Positions 51,226 through 63,593 of a stretch of DNA of 64,000 nucleotides are shown piece by piece. A model generated the notes under the pieces. The model ran no database searches and was not told the origin of the DNA. It saw nothing but the letters and a program-made list of their open reading frames with translations. Location: contig NC_087252.1 in assembly GCF_037042905.1 (NCBI RefSeq), forward strand, positions 2,110,001 through 2,174,000, read 5' to 3'. The DNA comes from Lytechinus pictus. Its lineage: Eukaryota. Both the position numbers and the translations under genes were made by a program. The stretch's first letter is position 1; each line of letters begins with the position of its first letter.

Positions 51226-51906
51226 GTAAGTAATTTGATTTCCGAGCTGATCATGTCCTCTGCGTTTTACTGCGTAACATCTTAGATTTAAACAGTTTTT
51301 TTTTTAACAAGTGCTTTCATATAAGAGTAAACAGTCCCTAATTCAGAACCCTTTGACCTCCACCAAGAGCTAAACATGAAGGGGGTGGGGTGTCACTCAG
51401 GACTGGAAATAAAATGATTTGACCAGATACAGTTTAATAAGAAAAATGGGACAGGAAGGTTTTGAATTCAAGTTGTGTTATTTGGATGAAACAGCCCTAT
51501 GCATGTTATTTAATTAATTTTCATTCAAACGGTGTCCTGTAGCAATGTAAAAATTAGATTGACTATACTGATTTAACATGTAAGATAACCATTGGTGCAA
51601 TTTATCAGTGCATGGGAGATTTATCATATACAGGTACACGTGTGTGAAAATATAAAGTAATCAAGATTTAATGCAGTAACGTAGTAAACTTTTAGAGGGG
51701 ACATGGTATCATGGGCCTTTCTATTGCATATGAAGATATGAAATGAGAGAAATAAATTCATTTCTATGACAGCGTGAATATAACGGTTTTGAACAAAATA
51801 TTTCTAACCTTTAAAATTCAATGACTCTGCTATTAATTTTGGTCAGATTCATTTCATATATGTATAGCTGTGCAATGAATAATACATTACAATCTCTTAT
51901 ATGTAG

Positions 51907-52305
51907 CTCCTCCTATAGAACCATACCCAATCATCAACCAGTGTCAGAGAAAGGAAGGTTCAATAAATTCTACTTCTCCTCCAAAGGGTTGCAGGATTTC
52001 AACCGACACGATTGTAAACATCACATGCTCAGTCTTTGGATTCTACCCGGATATCAACCTGTTCTTCCTTCATGGGTCTTCAAAGGTAACCAATTTTAAG
52101 AGTAATGAGTGGGAAAATAAAGACGGTTCTAAGAACAAAACCATATTAATTGAAGCTAGAGTCAGTGACCGGCCATACGTATGTATTGCGTCAGATATAC
52201 CTGGTTCAACAGAGGAGAGAGCCTGGGAGATATTCATAGATGAGACAACCTCAGCCAATCCCGAGAAAGGTGATGGAAGTAGCGTCACAAATCCCGTAAA
52301 GATTG
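51907..52305 (+). CDS. Copy 2 second Ig domain exon with C1-like motifs
   Basis: atatgtag|CT...ATTG|gtaagc; 399 nt, phase 1-1; hand translation gives VNITCSVFGFYPDINL...ENKDGSKN...YVCIAS; absent from the ORF track in this frame. Confidence 0.85.
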
Positions 52306-52469
52306 GTAAGCAAGCATTAATTAATCGGTATAGAAATGCATTTTCATGTTTTTATTCATTATAGAAACGTTGCATTTGATTTCAGTAATGATTTGTTTGT
52401 CCATTCAAATTATAACTTATTACGAGCCCACAATGCTAACGTGATATAAACTCCAGGCATTGACGTACA

Positions 52470-55400
52470 TTCTCACTTCTTGAGCAAGTCCATCAAGTCC
52501 CTGGTGTAAAATCAATCGCTGTATCAACAATCATACATAGGTTAAATGAGACGAATCGTCAACATGCTAAAGTTGAGGAGGTGAATGACGCAATTAAACT
52601 TTCAGCCAATCAGCGTAGTTGGTCGGTAATCGACAACAGTAATATCGACCATGTCCTCCATCTGAACGCAGATGGCGTACACCTCAATCCGCGGGGAATA
52701 ATTGCATTCGCGAAAAACATCATTCGATTCCTGCGTAACTTGTCACAAAACTATGATGATGCATTCCCACCTTTAAATCATAGCGAATTACCACACTCAA
52801 AAGCTGATCCAGAATTCGCTCCCTATCCCAGAAGTTACTTTTCAATCGATCCTGAACGAGGAAATCAGATGAACCAGCCTCCCCCTTTTCCGTGGAATGA
52901 GTATTATCCGAGGTCTCGACGCAAAGCAGCAAACAGAGAATTTCCGAGAGACTGGGTAGATTGTCTGTCCACGGCAAGGAAGCTCTTGAACTCCAGACAC
53001 CAATAGATAACCCAACAAATGAATCCACTTCAATCTTAGATCAACAACCCACTCAGAAAATTAATTCCGTTGAAAATGATCCGGTGGAACATATGGATAA
53101 TGAATCATTTCCACCCTACGAACCCGAAGGTGGAATCTCTCTGAACAAATGTCAGACAGAAATGAGATCATGTCATATAAAGGAAACGAAACATGGCTTT
53201 AGAATAGCACAATTAAATATAAGAACTTTATTATCAAACATCGACAATCTACAACTTATGGTTGAAGATCTTAAATTAGACCTGATTGCATTGAATGAAA
53301 CTAGATTAAGCAGTGATATAAATGATGAGCAGTTACGCATTCAAGACTTTTGTATTTATAGGAAAGATCGGAATAACAAAGGTGGAGGAGTGGCAGTATA
53401 CGTCAATGAAAATAAGCTTAGCCACAAATTAAGACCCGATCTTATGAACAAGGATATTGAACTTATAGCTACAGAAGTAAAACAACAAACTTCATCGTCT
53501 ATAATTGTTTTGGCATGGTATAGACCACCTGGATCAAGCATTGAATTGTTTAATGTTATTGATAACGTTCTATCAAAAACTGATGAAGAACAAAAGGATG
53601 TCGTATTTTTAGGAGATTTCAATTGTGATATCAGTGGAAACCCATTGTCTTGTTATACAAAACGATTACTTGATATTTGCCAGAATTATTCTCTTACTCA
53701 AGTGATAGACGAACCAACAAGGGTAACTCTTCATTCATCCACGCTCATTGATTTAATTTATACCTCTAACTGTATGAAAGTTGTCGAAAGTGGCGTCCTT
53801 CACATAGGAATGAGCGACCACTCCCTTGTTTATATTGAATGGGGTAAAATCCGGAAACCATCTTCAAAGCATGTGTATAGAACCTATAGAACTTATAAGA
53901 ATTTCGATGAAAATCTTTTCTTTTCTGATCTACAAGCCATCGATTGGCAAAGTGTATATACATGTAGTGATGTTAATCATTCTCTTCTTCAATTCCAAAC
54001 AATATTTTCTTCATTGTGTAATTTTCATGCCCCTATTAGGAAAAGCCGTATTAAGAAACACCGAAAACCTTGGATAAATACTGAAATTATTGATCTAATT
54101 CGTAAACGAGACAAATTGAAAGATAAAGCGACTCGAAAGCGTACGCGCGCAAATTGGAAAGCTTATAGAAAGAGTAAAAATTATGTCACTTACAAAATAA
54201 AGCAAAACAAACGTAAAACATTCCAAAAGAAAATTAAAGATTCAAAAGGTAATGTGAAGAACACGTGGAAAAACCTTAACATATTGATACCACGTAAGAA
54301 TAAAAATACAAAAATTCAATGCTTGATAGTTGATGAGAAAGAAATTCATGAGACTAAAAAAATTTCACAGACATTGAATGATTTTTTCGTAAAGGTAGGC
54401 CCTAGACTTGCCGATACAATCGACAGTACAGGGTCTGCAAATGAAAATAATAATGCATTGCAATATCACCCGCACTCGTTAGTCCATATCTTTCAACTTG
54501 TCCCAGTAACTGTAAGCGAAATAAAGTAAAAATTATTGAAAATGTCTAGTGGCAAAGCGATGGGATGTGATATGATACCAATGAAACTTATAAAGATAGC
54601 GATACCATGTATAACTGAACCCTTGGCACATATTATAAATGTGTCTATTACTACTGCATGTGTACCTACGGAGTGGAAAAAGGCAAGAGTTAGTGCCTTA
54701 CATAAAGGCGGTGTAAATGAACCTTCTAATTTCAGGCCAATTTCGATATTACCTATTTTATCTAAGCTACTAGAACGTATAGTGTTTGATCAATTGTATG
54801 AATACTTGAACAAAAACAATTTGATTAATGACTACCAATCTGGCTTTCGGCCATTACATTCTACAGCAACGGCATTACTCAATACAACAGATGAATGGCT
54901 AAAAAGCTTTGATGAAGGCAAATTAGTATGCTCTGTCATGCTAGACTTAAAAAAAAGCATTTGACACGGTTGATTTCGAATTGCTTATCCAAAAATTAAA
55001 GCAATATGGAATTGGGGATCACTCAATTGAATGGTTTACAAGTTACTTATATGGAAGATGCCAGAAAACGACAGTGCATGGTATATCATCTGATTTATTA
55101 CCCATTAAATCTGGAATCCCTCAAGGGTCCATTTTAGGGCCGCTTCTTTTCATTTTACATATTAATGATCTACATTTAGTTCTTAGAAATTGCAAAATAA
55201 GTATGTATGCAGATGACACTATTTTATATTATGCAAGTAACAACTACTCTGATCTAGAAAACAAAATCAATGAAGATTTGCAAAATGTAAAACGATGGCT
55301 TGATCACAATAAGCTTAGTGTGAATATCAAAAAAACTGAATATATTGTCCTAGGAACTAGAAATCGACTGAAACTATTCAAAGATGAATCGCTAAATATT

Positions 55401-56750
55401 CACATTGATGGAACCCCCCTAACAAGAGTTACCCAGTGTAAACATTTAGGAGTAATTTTAGATGAAAATCTGTCATGGGGAAAACACATTCAAAATGTGC
55501 AGAAGAAATGTAGTAGCGGTTTGTTTATGCTAAAATCGATACGAAGTATGGTTGACAAGGATACAATGATTCTTGTCTATAACGCCCTGATTTCATCTCA
55601 TTTGTCATATTGTGATATAGTATGGGGAAATTGCGGCAAATGTTTAAAAGATAACCTCCAAAAGATTCAAAATCGGGCAGCTCGCGTTATCAATAATACC
55701 GCCTGTGATTCATCCGGAAACGAAAATCTAAATGAACTAAATTGGGATACACTTGAAAAGAAAAGGAATGAAAGTGTTGCAATAATGATGTTTAACATAC
55801 TCATATCTAATCAATAGATTTTCCCTTAAAGAAAGATCACATAACACAAGAAGTGGGAATCTCAATTTGGAAATAATGCAAATAAAGTCTGAATCTGCAA
55901 AGCGCATGTTTATGTACAGAGGCGCCAGTATGTGGAACTTATTACCCACTAATATTCAAGCGGCACAAACGAAACACAATTTCAAAACAGGTCTAAAGAG
56001 ATTATCTGTGTGATATGGATCACAATGACTATTTTTCTGTTTAATTTTCTGTCCCCAGTACATGTATTATTTTCCAACCATTTCATATGTTTTGCTTTTA
56101 TATGGCATGAGTATTAACTATATAAGTTTTATAATTAATTTCAGTGCATGTTTAGTTATGTTTAGTTATCATAAATTTTCCAGACATTTTTGTATGTTTA
56201 GTTTTTATCATTGATAAATCATGACTTGTATTCATTTTCTTGTACTTGTTTGTCCATTATAGAAACATGTATTTACTTTGACATTTTACTTTACCATGTA
56301 CACATTTACTATTACCATGTATGCACCACTTTGTTCCAATTTACCGATAGATATTTCATGTTGTAAATTATTGATGTTTTTGAAAACGGTATATAATTTC
56401 TTCGTCTTTTTCTTACTATCATTATTATTCTTTTTCTTCTTTTCTTATTCTGTTATCTTCTCTATTGTCTTTTCTCTTTTTCGTCTCCCTCTCACTTTTC
56501 CCTTCTTCTTCTTCCTTTTTTTTCTTTTTTTTTCTTCTCCTCCCCTCCTCTTCACGTTTCAATGATTGTCTTGTAATATTTCATTGATGCTCCTTTTCCA
56601 TATATATTGTTCGTTATACACTGATTTTAAAATGTTTACTTTGTCAATTGTATGTTCCACACGGCCCCAATGGAAATCAGTCTGTGAACTGTTTGGGCTT
56701 TTTAACCGTGTATAAATAAAATAAATCTTATCTTATCTTATCTTATCTTA
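52470..56750 (+). mobile_element. Near-complete CR1/L2-group LINE: esterase-type ORF1 remnant and disrupted APE-RT ORF2
   Basis: ORF1 ...DGVHLNPRG (SGNH DxxH block); APE motifs LNET, GGGVA, GDFN, SDH; RT motifs FRPISIL, QSGFR, PQGSILGP, YADD; nonsense codon at 54527, frameshifts near 54955 and 55800; (ATCTT)n tail at 56725-56750. Confidence 0.92.
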
Positions 56751-57577
56751 TATGAGATACATTATGAAATCAACAAAAACTATGCTCTCACAATCTCTAA
56801 AATCGGTGTTGATTTAAAAGATGACCACTAGCATGACAAATTGTCATTGTTGGTTTATTTCATTTTGACTCAACTCAAATATACAACATAGGAAATAATT
56901 ACACAAATATAAAATGATAATCATACAAATATAAAATGATACAAAGGAATAAACACTGTAAGCAATATGACTATACAAGATAAAAAGGCGAGTGTTTATG
57001 GTAAACACTAAATAATGTGACAATCATATTAATCAATAATGATATACACAATGTAGATAAAACTAAATGTAGAACATTCTGAACTAGAAGCCGAACATTC
57101 GAATAAAATAACTAATCTTTTGGAAGTTTAAGTGGCCGTCATATAATTTCCATTTAACTGAATCTAAGAAAAAAAATGACTGTTGTAGAGAGACCCGATG
57201 CCAACTCTCTAAACATGCTAAATGCAAAGGAGCTAATCTGGTGTCTTATCACACTTCTCTCAGAGTGAGATGAGGGACCAGTCCTGATGGAATAACATTT
57301 TAACTTTCAGGAGTTAGTTTATATCTTTTGTTGAGTGAAAGTGTTAAAAGATTCACACTATGAAATCTCATTCCATTGCATTTAAAGAATAGATTTAAAT
57401 CTAGAACTCTTTACTGTTTTGAACGAGCTAGGTCTATATGTCAGAAAGTGTTATATAATCCTTCAGTTATCTGACAATAACTTCAAGTTCAGGGAGTGAA
57501 CAGGTGATATTCCGGTATACATGTACCAAATAAGGGCTGTAATAAAGATATAAAGTCTGAAACCTATTTTCACACAG

Positions 57578-57670
57578 TGGTACCAATCCTACTGATACTG
57601 GCTGTCGCCACGACAGGCATGGCATTCTTGAGACTGAGATCAAGGAAACGGCAGGCCAGACGTTACAAAG
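57578..57670 (+). CDS. Copy 2 transmembrane exon
   Basis: tattttcacacag|TG...AAAG|gttagc; 93 nt, phase 1-1; (KI)VVPILLILAVATTGMAFL followed by basic stop-transfer RLRSRKRQARRYK. Confidence 0.85.
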
Positions 57671-58195
57671 GTTAGCAAAACCACCATTTATTCTGCGATT
57701 GCTGTAATCATGGTAAGCTCGGTGTATTATTACCACACTCTTTTAGTAGTCACTAGTCACCACTGGCATACCGATTGGGAAGGGGATTCTGTCTTCCAAA
57801 ATGCTCCATACTAGAGTGAAAAGAAAGGAAATGGGTGAAATATGATTAAATCTGTTGAATAATTTGTTAAAATATATTACAAAATTAGATTTCCATATAA
57901 AGGAGGCAAATATTTCGCTTGCTCTTTTCACTCTCTCGCGACGTCTTATAAAATTTTCAACATTCGGGGTGTTGTGCCCAATCAAAATATTTGTCTCATT
58001 ATGCCACCTGTAATCACTACATTATCACGTTAAAGTTGCTTGAAACTGACGGACCAGTCCCACCCATTAGTACCATACGATTGAAATTAATTGTAATATC
58101 TGAAAGGGATTCAATTCATCCATTAGAATTTAATGGCCAACTATAATTTGTAGCAGTCAGAATAAATCAATTTACCATTTTTACACTGTGTATAG

Positions 58196-58252
58196 TAGGT
58201 AAACGTGATGTCGAGGAGTCAAAGCAATTGGTGCAAGAAATGAATGTACAAG
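58196..58252 (+). CDS. Copy 2 short juxtamembrane cytoplasmic exon
   Basis: gtgtatag|TA (or tag|GT at 58199)...CAAG|gtaagt; phase 1-1; GKRDVEESKQLVQEMNVQ. Confidence 0.65.
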
Positions 58253-58828
58253 GTAAGTGTAGTTTGCAAACACATTCGCTAAGCATGACATACGATAAGG
58301 AAGGAGCCTCTTATTAATCACAATTCCACATCACTATTTATTGTTGTCATATCAGGGAGGGAAGCTTTAGAAAATACCCTTCCTGGTATGAATATCACAA
58401 CAACTCCATCAACAATATAAAACAGAAAAGAACGAAAATAGAGACAATAATTCATAAAATTACCTTGACACTTCTTTTATTACGCGAAGGCGCCCCCATG
58501 CGTTGACAAGAATCGCACAGGTACATGACATTGTAATCATAATAGATGACACCACGTCGACGCGCTCGGGGTAAAACAGTGTAATCCAACAATTGTATCT
58601 TTTCAGTAGGAAATGACATAAGCATCGAAAAACGTGTGTTAAATTGACCAAAATCTTGCTCAATGGGAATATATCTATCAAAGCGTAATGCATTGCGATA
58701 TAAAAACGAAAGAACAGGAATTGTCTTAATTAATAAGGGATTATGCATAAAACAAGCATAATTATGTACTATAAACTATACACACTTTAATGTTGTAAAC
58801 TAGTATTATACACATTTCTTATTAACAG

Positions 58829-61800
58829 GGGTTGTCTCTTTTTACCACCTATGGCTACTGGCTTATGGCACTCCAAATGACAAGATGACAAAGGTGTGTG
58901 CTGCCCTCAAAGAGCTTAGTAGTAATAGTCCAGGATAGGCCCCATAGACAAGGGGTCGAACCTTGTTTTTTTAGATATACAATGTTTTTTTATGGTTTCT
59001 TGTCAATTCGAGGGTGCTGATTCCGAATCTGAATGATGCCACTCTTGTAACCTTGAGCATTTTCCGCAAATTGGCAAAATCCAATATGGCCGCCAAAATA
59101 TGCAAATTACCCATGAAAATCATAAAATTGCCAACACATTAGCTATAAAATGCATGTAGTTGTTGTGCAGAAGTGAAATACCAATATGAAAAGCGATATT
59201 TGACAAAATATTTATTTTATTGATATTCAAAATGGCCGCCATAACCCCTGTATACTTTATTATGTAGAATATGAATGGGGAAAATATTTGTTTCAAACAA
59301 GAGCACTATTATTGCATGTGATTGTGACCTGCGAGTGGACTACTGTCTGAAAACATGACTATTAACAAAACTATGTCATTTGTATACTATCTAATGTGAT
59401 AAATGCTGTATTATGATATTCAAAATGGCTGTCATAGACCCCTTATACTGTGTACAATATATAAAAGGGGACAAATAATTTTCACAACCTTTGAATTTGT
59501 TTGACTTTAAAATGCCAATAACTGCGAAATATTGGTGTAACACTGTCTGACAACAAGGATTTCTAACGAAACATATAATTTCCCTTGCAATTTCGGTAAT
59601 TATGCTGCATGTTGACATTCAAAATGGCTGCCATAGGCCCTATCTGTATTATGAACAAAGCGAATGGAGAAACCAATTTTCACAAGAGTAAAAACATTAA
59701 AATGAATGTAATTGTAATCTATACGAGTGAAATATTGTCTAAACACATGATTTCTGGCGAAACATATCATTTCATTTTTCATGCATGAGATAAATGCTGT
59801 ATTGTAAAATTCAAAATGGCCCCTAAGGGCCCTTACAGTATTATCTACAATGTAAATGGGGACAAATACTTTTGAAAGAATTAGGATTTGCCTGACTATG
59901 AAATCCATATAATTCTGTGCTCATTGCCTGACGAAGTCTAGCAGCTTGCAGACGAAACGTCGCTTTCACACTACGTTTGCTACATCGTGAGACAACTGGT
60001 TAATTTCTTCTACTCAAGGAAAATATTGTTTGAAAACGTGATTTTTTTAATGAAATATAATATTTCCTCTCCCATAGGTGATAAATACTGTATTTTGACT
60101 TTCAAAACGGCCGCACAAGCCCCTACAAATTCTGTAATATGCGTATAGGGAAACTAATCATCACCAGAATGAGAACCAAAAACGCACGTAACTATGTGAT
60201 GTATAGGTAAAATTTGGTCTTGAACATGATTTCTGACTAAATACATCACATAATGGTTGAGAAGGTAATGAAATTCAAAATTGCTGCCATAGCCCAAAGT
60301 AGTATGTACATTGTAACTGGGGACAGATAATTTTGACAAAATTTTTACTATGAAAATGGCTTAATTTTGATGTAAGTGTTAAGTATTGTCTAAACCCAAT
60401 GATTTCTAACGAAATATATGATAGCTTGTGTCATAAAGGTGATGAATGCAGCCTTTTAAAAATGAAAAATGGCCGCCATAGTCCCTTATCTTAATATGTA
60501 AAATTTGAATGGGGAAAGATAATTTCCACAAAGAAACATATTGCAGCCATTTTGAAATTTAAATATAGCATTTATCACCTAAATAACATAAGAAATGATC
60601 TATTTGGTTACAAAATCATATTTTCAGACGATATTTCACTCATACATGCAACACCAGTTAGTCAAGCAAAGCCAAATTCTGTTAAAATTATATGTTCCCA
60701 TTCACAAAGTACATAATAGGCCTACCGTTAGGGCCTGTAGCGGCCAGTTTGACTTTCAAAATACATTATTTATCACCTACCTGGCAGAATGAATGGTATA
60801 TCTTGTTAGGAATTATGTTTTCAGACAATATTTTACTCTTAAATCACAATTATATGCATGTTATGGTGCTGACTCATGTGAAAATTGGTTTCCCAGATCG
60901 ATTGTACATAATACAGTCAATGTCTTTTGGCGGCCATTTTGAAAGTCAAAATACAATATTTAACACAAATATGAAACCCGAATAATATATTTCGTTGCAA
61001 ATTATATTTGAAGACAGTATTCCACTAATTTACCACAAAAAAATACGTTTTAGTGCTCACCTTGTAATTGTTTTTGTCCTCTCTCACATCGTAGATCATA
61101 ATTTTAGGGCCTTTGGCGGTCATATTAAATATCAAAATACAGGGTTTATCACGTACATGGCATGTTAAATAATAAATTTCGTTAACAATAATGTTTTTAG
61201 TCAGTATTCCACTCGTTTATCTCAACAAAATGCATTTTAGTGCTCACTCTTGTGATTTTTTTGTGTCACCATTCACATTGTACATAATAGTGTTAGGGCT
61301 TTTGAAGGCCATTTTGAATATCAAAATACAGGATTTATCACATAACTGACATAACAAATGATATATATCGTTAGCAATCATGTTTACAGACATTGCTTCA
61401 CTCATAGATCATAATTACTTGCATTTCAGTGCTAAATTTTGTAAAAATTAATTTTCCCCATTCATATTGTACAGGGGTCTATATGATGGCGGCCATTTTG
61501 ATATCAAGAAAATAAATATTTTGACAAAAATCATTTTTTCAGATATTATTTCACTCCGGCAGCACAATTGCATGTACTTTAAAGCCAATGTGTGGACAAT
61601 TTTATGATTTTCATGGGTAATTTGAATATTTTGGCGGCCATATTGGATTTTGCCAATTTGCAGAAAATGCTCAAGGTTACACGAGTGGCATCATTCAGAT
61701 TCGGAATCAGCACCCTCGAATTGACAAGAAACCATAAAAAAACATTGTATATATAAAAAAACAAGGTTCGACCCCTTCTATCCTGGACTATAAGGACGCC

Positions 61801-61939
61801 GGGGAACAAATAGAAAGAAGTCGTGTGTACGATGTTCTGTGTAAATGGAAAAATAAATCTTACGCACCCGACCAACCACAGATGTTGAGAATTGCGTTGG
61901 AGGTCGTGAACCTTGAGAGTAGATGGCAAGAGATCTGTG
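58829..61939 (+). pseudogene. Copy 2 first death-fold-like exon (type A0), split by a DNA transposon; coding parts 58829-58925 and 61794-61939
   Basis: attaacag|GG; GVVSFYHLWLLAY...LKELSS / KDAGEQ...VYDVLCKWKNK...DQPQMLRIALE...WQEIC G|gtaagt; removing 58926-61793 restores an 81-codon in-frame exon; as it stands, TAG at 58936. Confidence 0.85.
58926..61790. mobile_element. Foldback-type non-autonomous DNA transposon, TAG...CTA termini, 3-bp TAA TSD
   Basis: TAA|TAGTCCAGGATAG...CTATCCTGGACTA|TAA; >300-bp TIRs; interior of ~180-bp units that switch orientation near 60500. Confidence 0.92.
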
Positions 61940-62118
61940 GTAAGTAATTTTCTTCCATTTTATATTAAAATTCAACATTCTAAATTTTCGAAAAATATTA
62001 CCCTTTACCATGTGTTTTCCACGTGTTTCGTTTTGTTCGATACATTTTATGTGATCAAAAACATTCTTTGGGCTACAAAACAAATGTATAAATTCGTTTA
62101 TATTTCTTTACAAATCAG

Positions 62119-62559
62119 ACCAAGTACGTCAGGTCAATGATTCTACCAAAGTACCTGAGGGAATATTCGAACAAATCCTGCTTGACTTAAAAGGCAAAAA
62201 AGCAATTAAAAAATTCCTTAAAAACTTGGTTCAACACGAAAACAAAGATATAGAAACTGAGACAATCAATGACACCCATGACGGTGAAGAGGAAAAGGAA
62301 GAGTCTGCAAGTAAAGGGGATAACATGGACATGGACAAGTCAGCTCCCGTCAAAGAAATCAGAAATGATTGTAAAGGGAACAAGGAAAACTCAGCTCCCG
62401 CCAATGTCATTCAGACAACTGAAGGTACAGCCTACATGGAAGCCATGCGAAATTTGAAGGAATGGAATAAAGGCCCTTTCAAACACAATCCGTTTGTTCT
62501 AGTTAGTCTAGCCCTCGAAAAAGCAGGGTATCACCATATCTCAAAGACCTTCTTTGACG
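62119..62559 (+). CDS. Copy 2 death-fold-like exon, type B (B0), with a long charged insertion
   Basis: tacaaatcag|AC...GACG|gtgagt; 441 nt, phase 1-1; IFEQILLDL...FLKNL [insert] AMRNLKEWNKGP...LVSLALEKAG...TFFD. Confidence 0.85.
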
Positions 62560-63341
62560 GTGAGTCTCTTTCTATTTGACATGTAAGTTACAACTAAAAT
62601 GGTTCGCTGATAAGGTTCATCCGATTGGTGGGATGACTTAAAATAATCACCATATCTCAATGACCTTCTTTGATGGTGAGTCTCTTTCTATTTGACATAT
62701 CTGTTACAACTAAAACGGTTGATCTGATTGGTGTGATGACTTGAGAATATGGTTTTCACAATCATGGAATTTTACTTCAATAAGTTCATTAGTTTTCGTT
62801 TGCAATCATTAAAAATTACCTCCAAAAGATAATGTTGTATGATTTTGGAAAAATAACTATGTTCTTAAAAAAAAAACATACACTGTAATCCAGGTTTTAC
62901 TTCAACAACAGCGTCTTCGTGATCTTAGTAGTTTCAGGACTGCACTAACTAGTGCCTGCTTGTTTATTCCGGATAAATAACATGAGTGGTTTATGGTATA
63001 TGGTGATTTTACGGGTGCAACATTTAATATAGTTGGTTGTATTGACTTGAAGGTTCAACAGAATAGCACGTTGTGATGATTGACAAGTCCGAATGCAACC
63101 TGTAATGGTCGGAAGAAAGCTACATTATACTACCATTTTATCAAGAATCTATGGTCCTATAGCGATGAATAAACAAGGAAAGATATTTTGAATTAGGTAT
63201 TTGTCATTATTCCACGGCCAGTTTTGCACGTTAGACTTGCGTATATTTGGTTTTTGCTATGTTGCCCTTTAACATGTTGAATATGAACAAACTTTAGAAA
63301 GGCATATAGGATTTACCATGGTCTAACACATTCCCCTGCAG

Positions 63342-63593
63342 GTACTGTATCATTTTATGAGCTTAGATCATTAATGTACAACGTAAATACACCTAGCCTA
63401 GAAAAGTTAAGAAAAGCAATCCGCGAGCTAGAAATCGATGCGACGAGTGCAGGTAAATTCAATCCACAACAAATCTACGACTCGCTGTGTCAGTGGAAAG
63501 AGGGACACCCCCAGGTAGATCAAGGAAATATATTACATGATGAACTTTTAAGAGCCGGGCATGAGGAAGCATGGTTGGAAATCCTACTTTCAT
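63342..63593 (+). CDS. Copy 2 exon A1, paralog of 644-898; 3' boundary uncertain
   Basis: cccctgcag|GT; long identical peptide stretches with copy 1; canonical donor missing, weak phase-1 gtacca at 63594, otherwise stop at 63616. Confidence 0.75.

Noticed and set aside
56278..56565. Phe/Leu-rich ORF resembling a transmembrane segment
   Set aside because: A pyrimidine tract in the LINE 3' UTR; the better TM exon is 57578-57670
56850..57470. Possible minus-strand LINE 3' fragment
   Set aside because: Only vague similarity by eye and no diagnostic RT motif
644..63593. Naming the receptor as UNC5, a TNFR or an NLR
   Set aside because: No TSP1/ZU5, Cys-rich TNFR repeats, NACHT P-loop or LRRs were found, so no gene symbol is assigned
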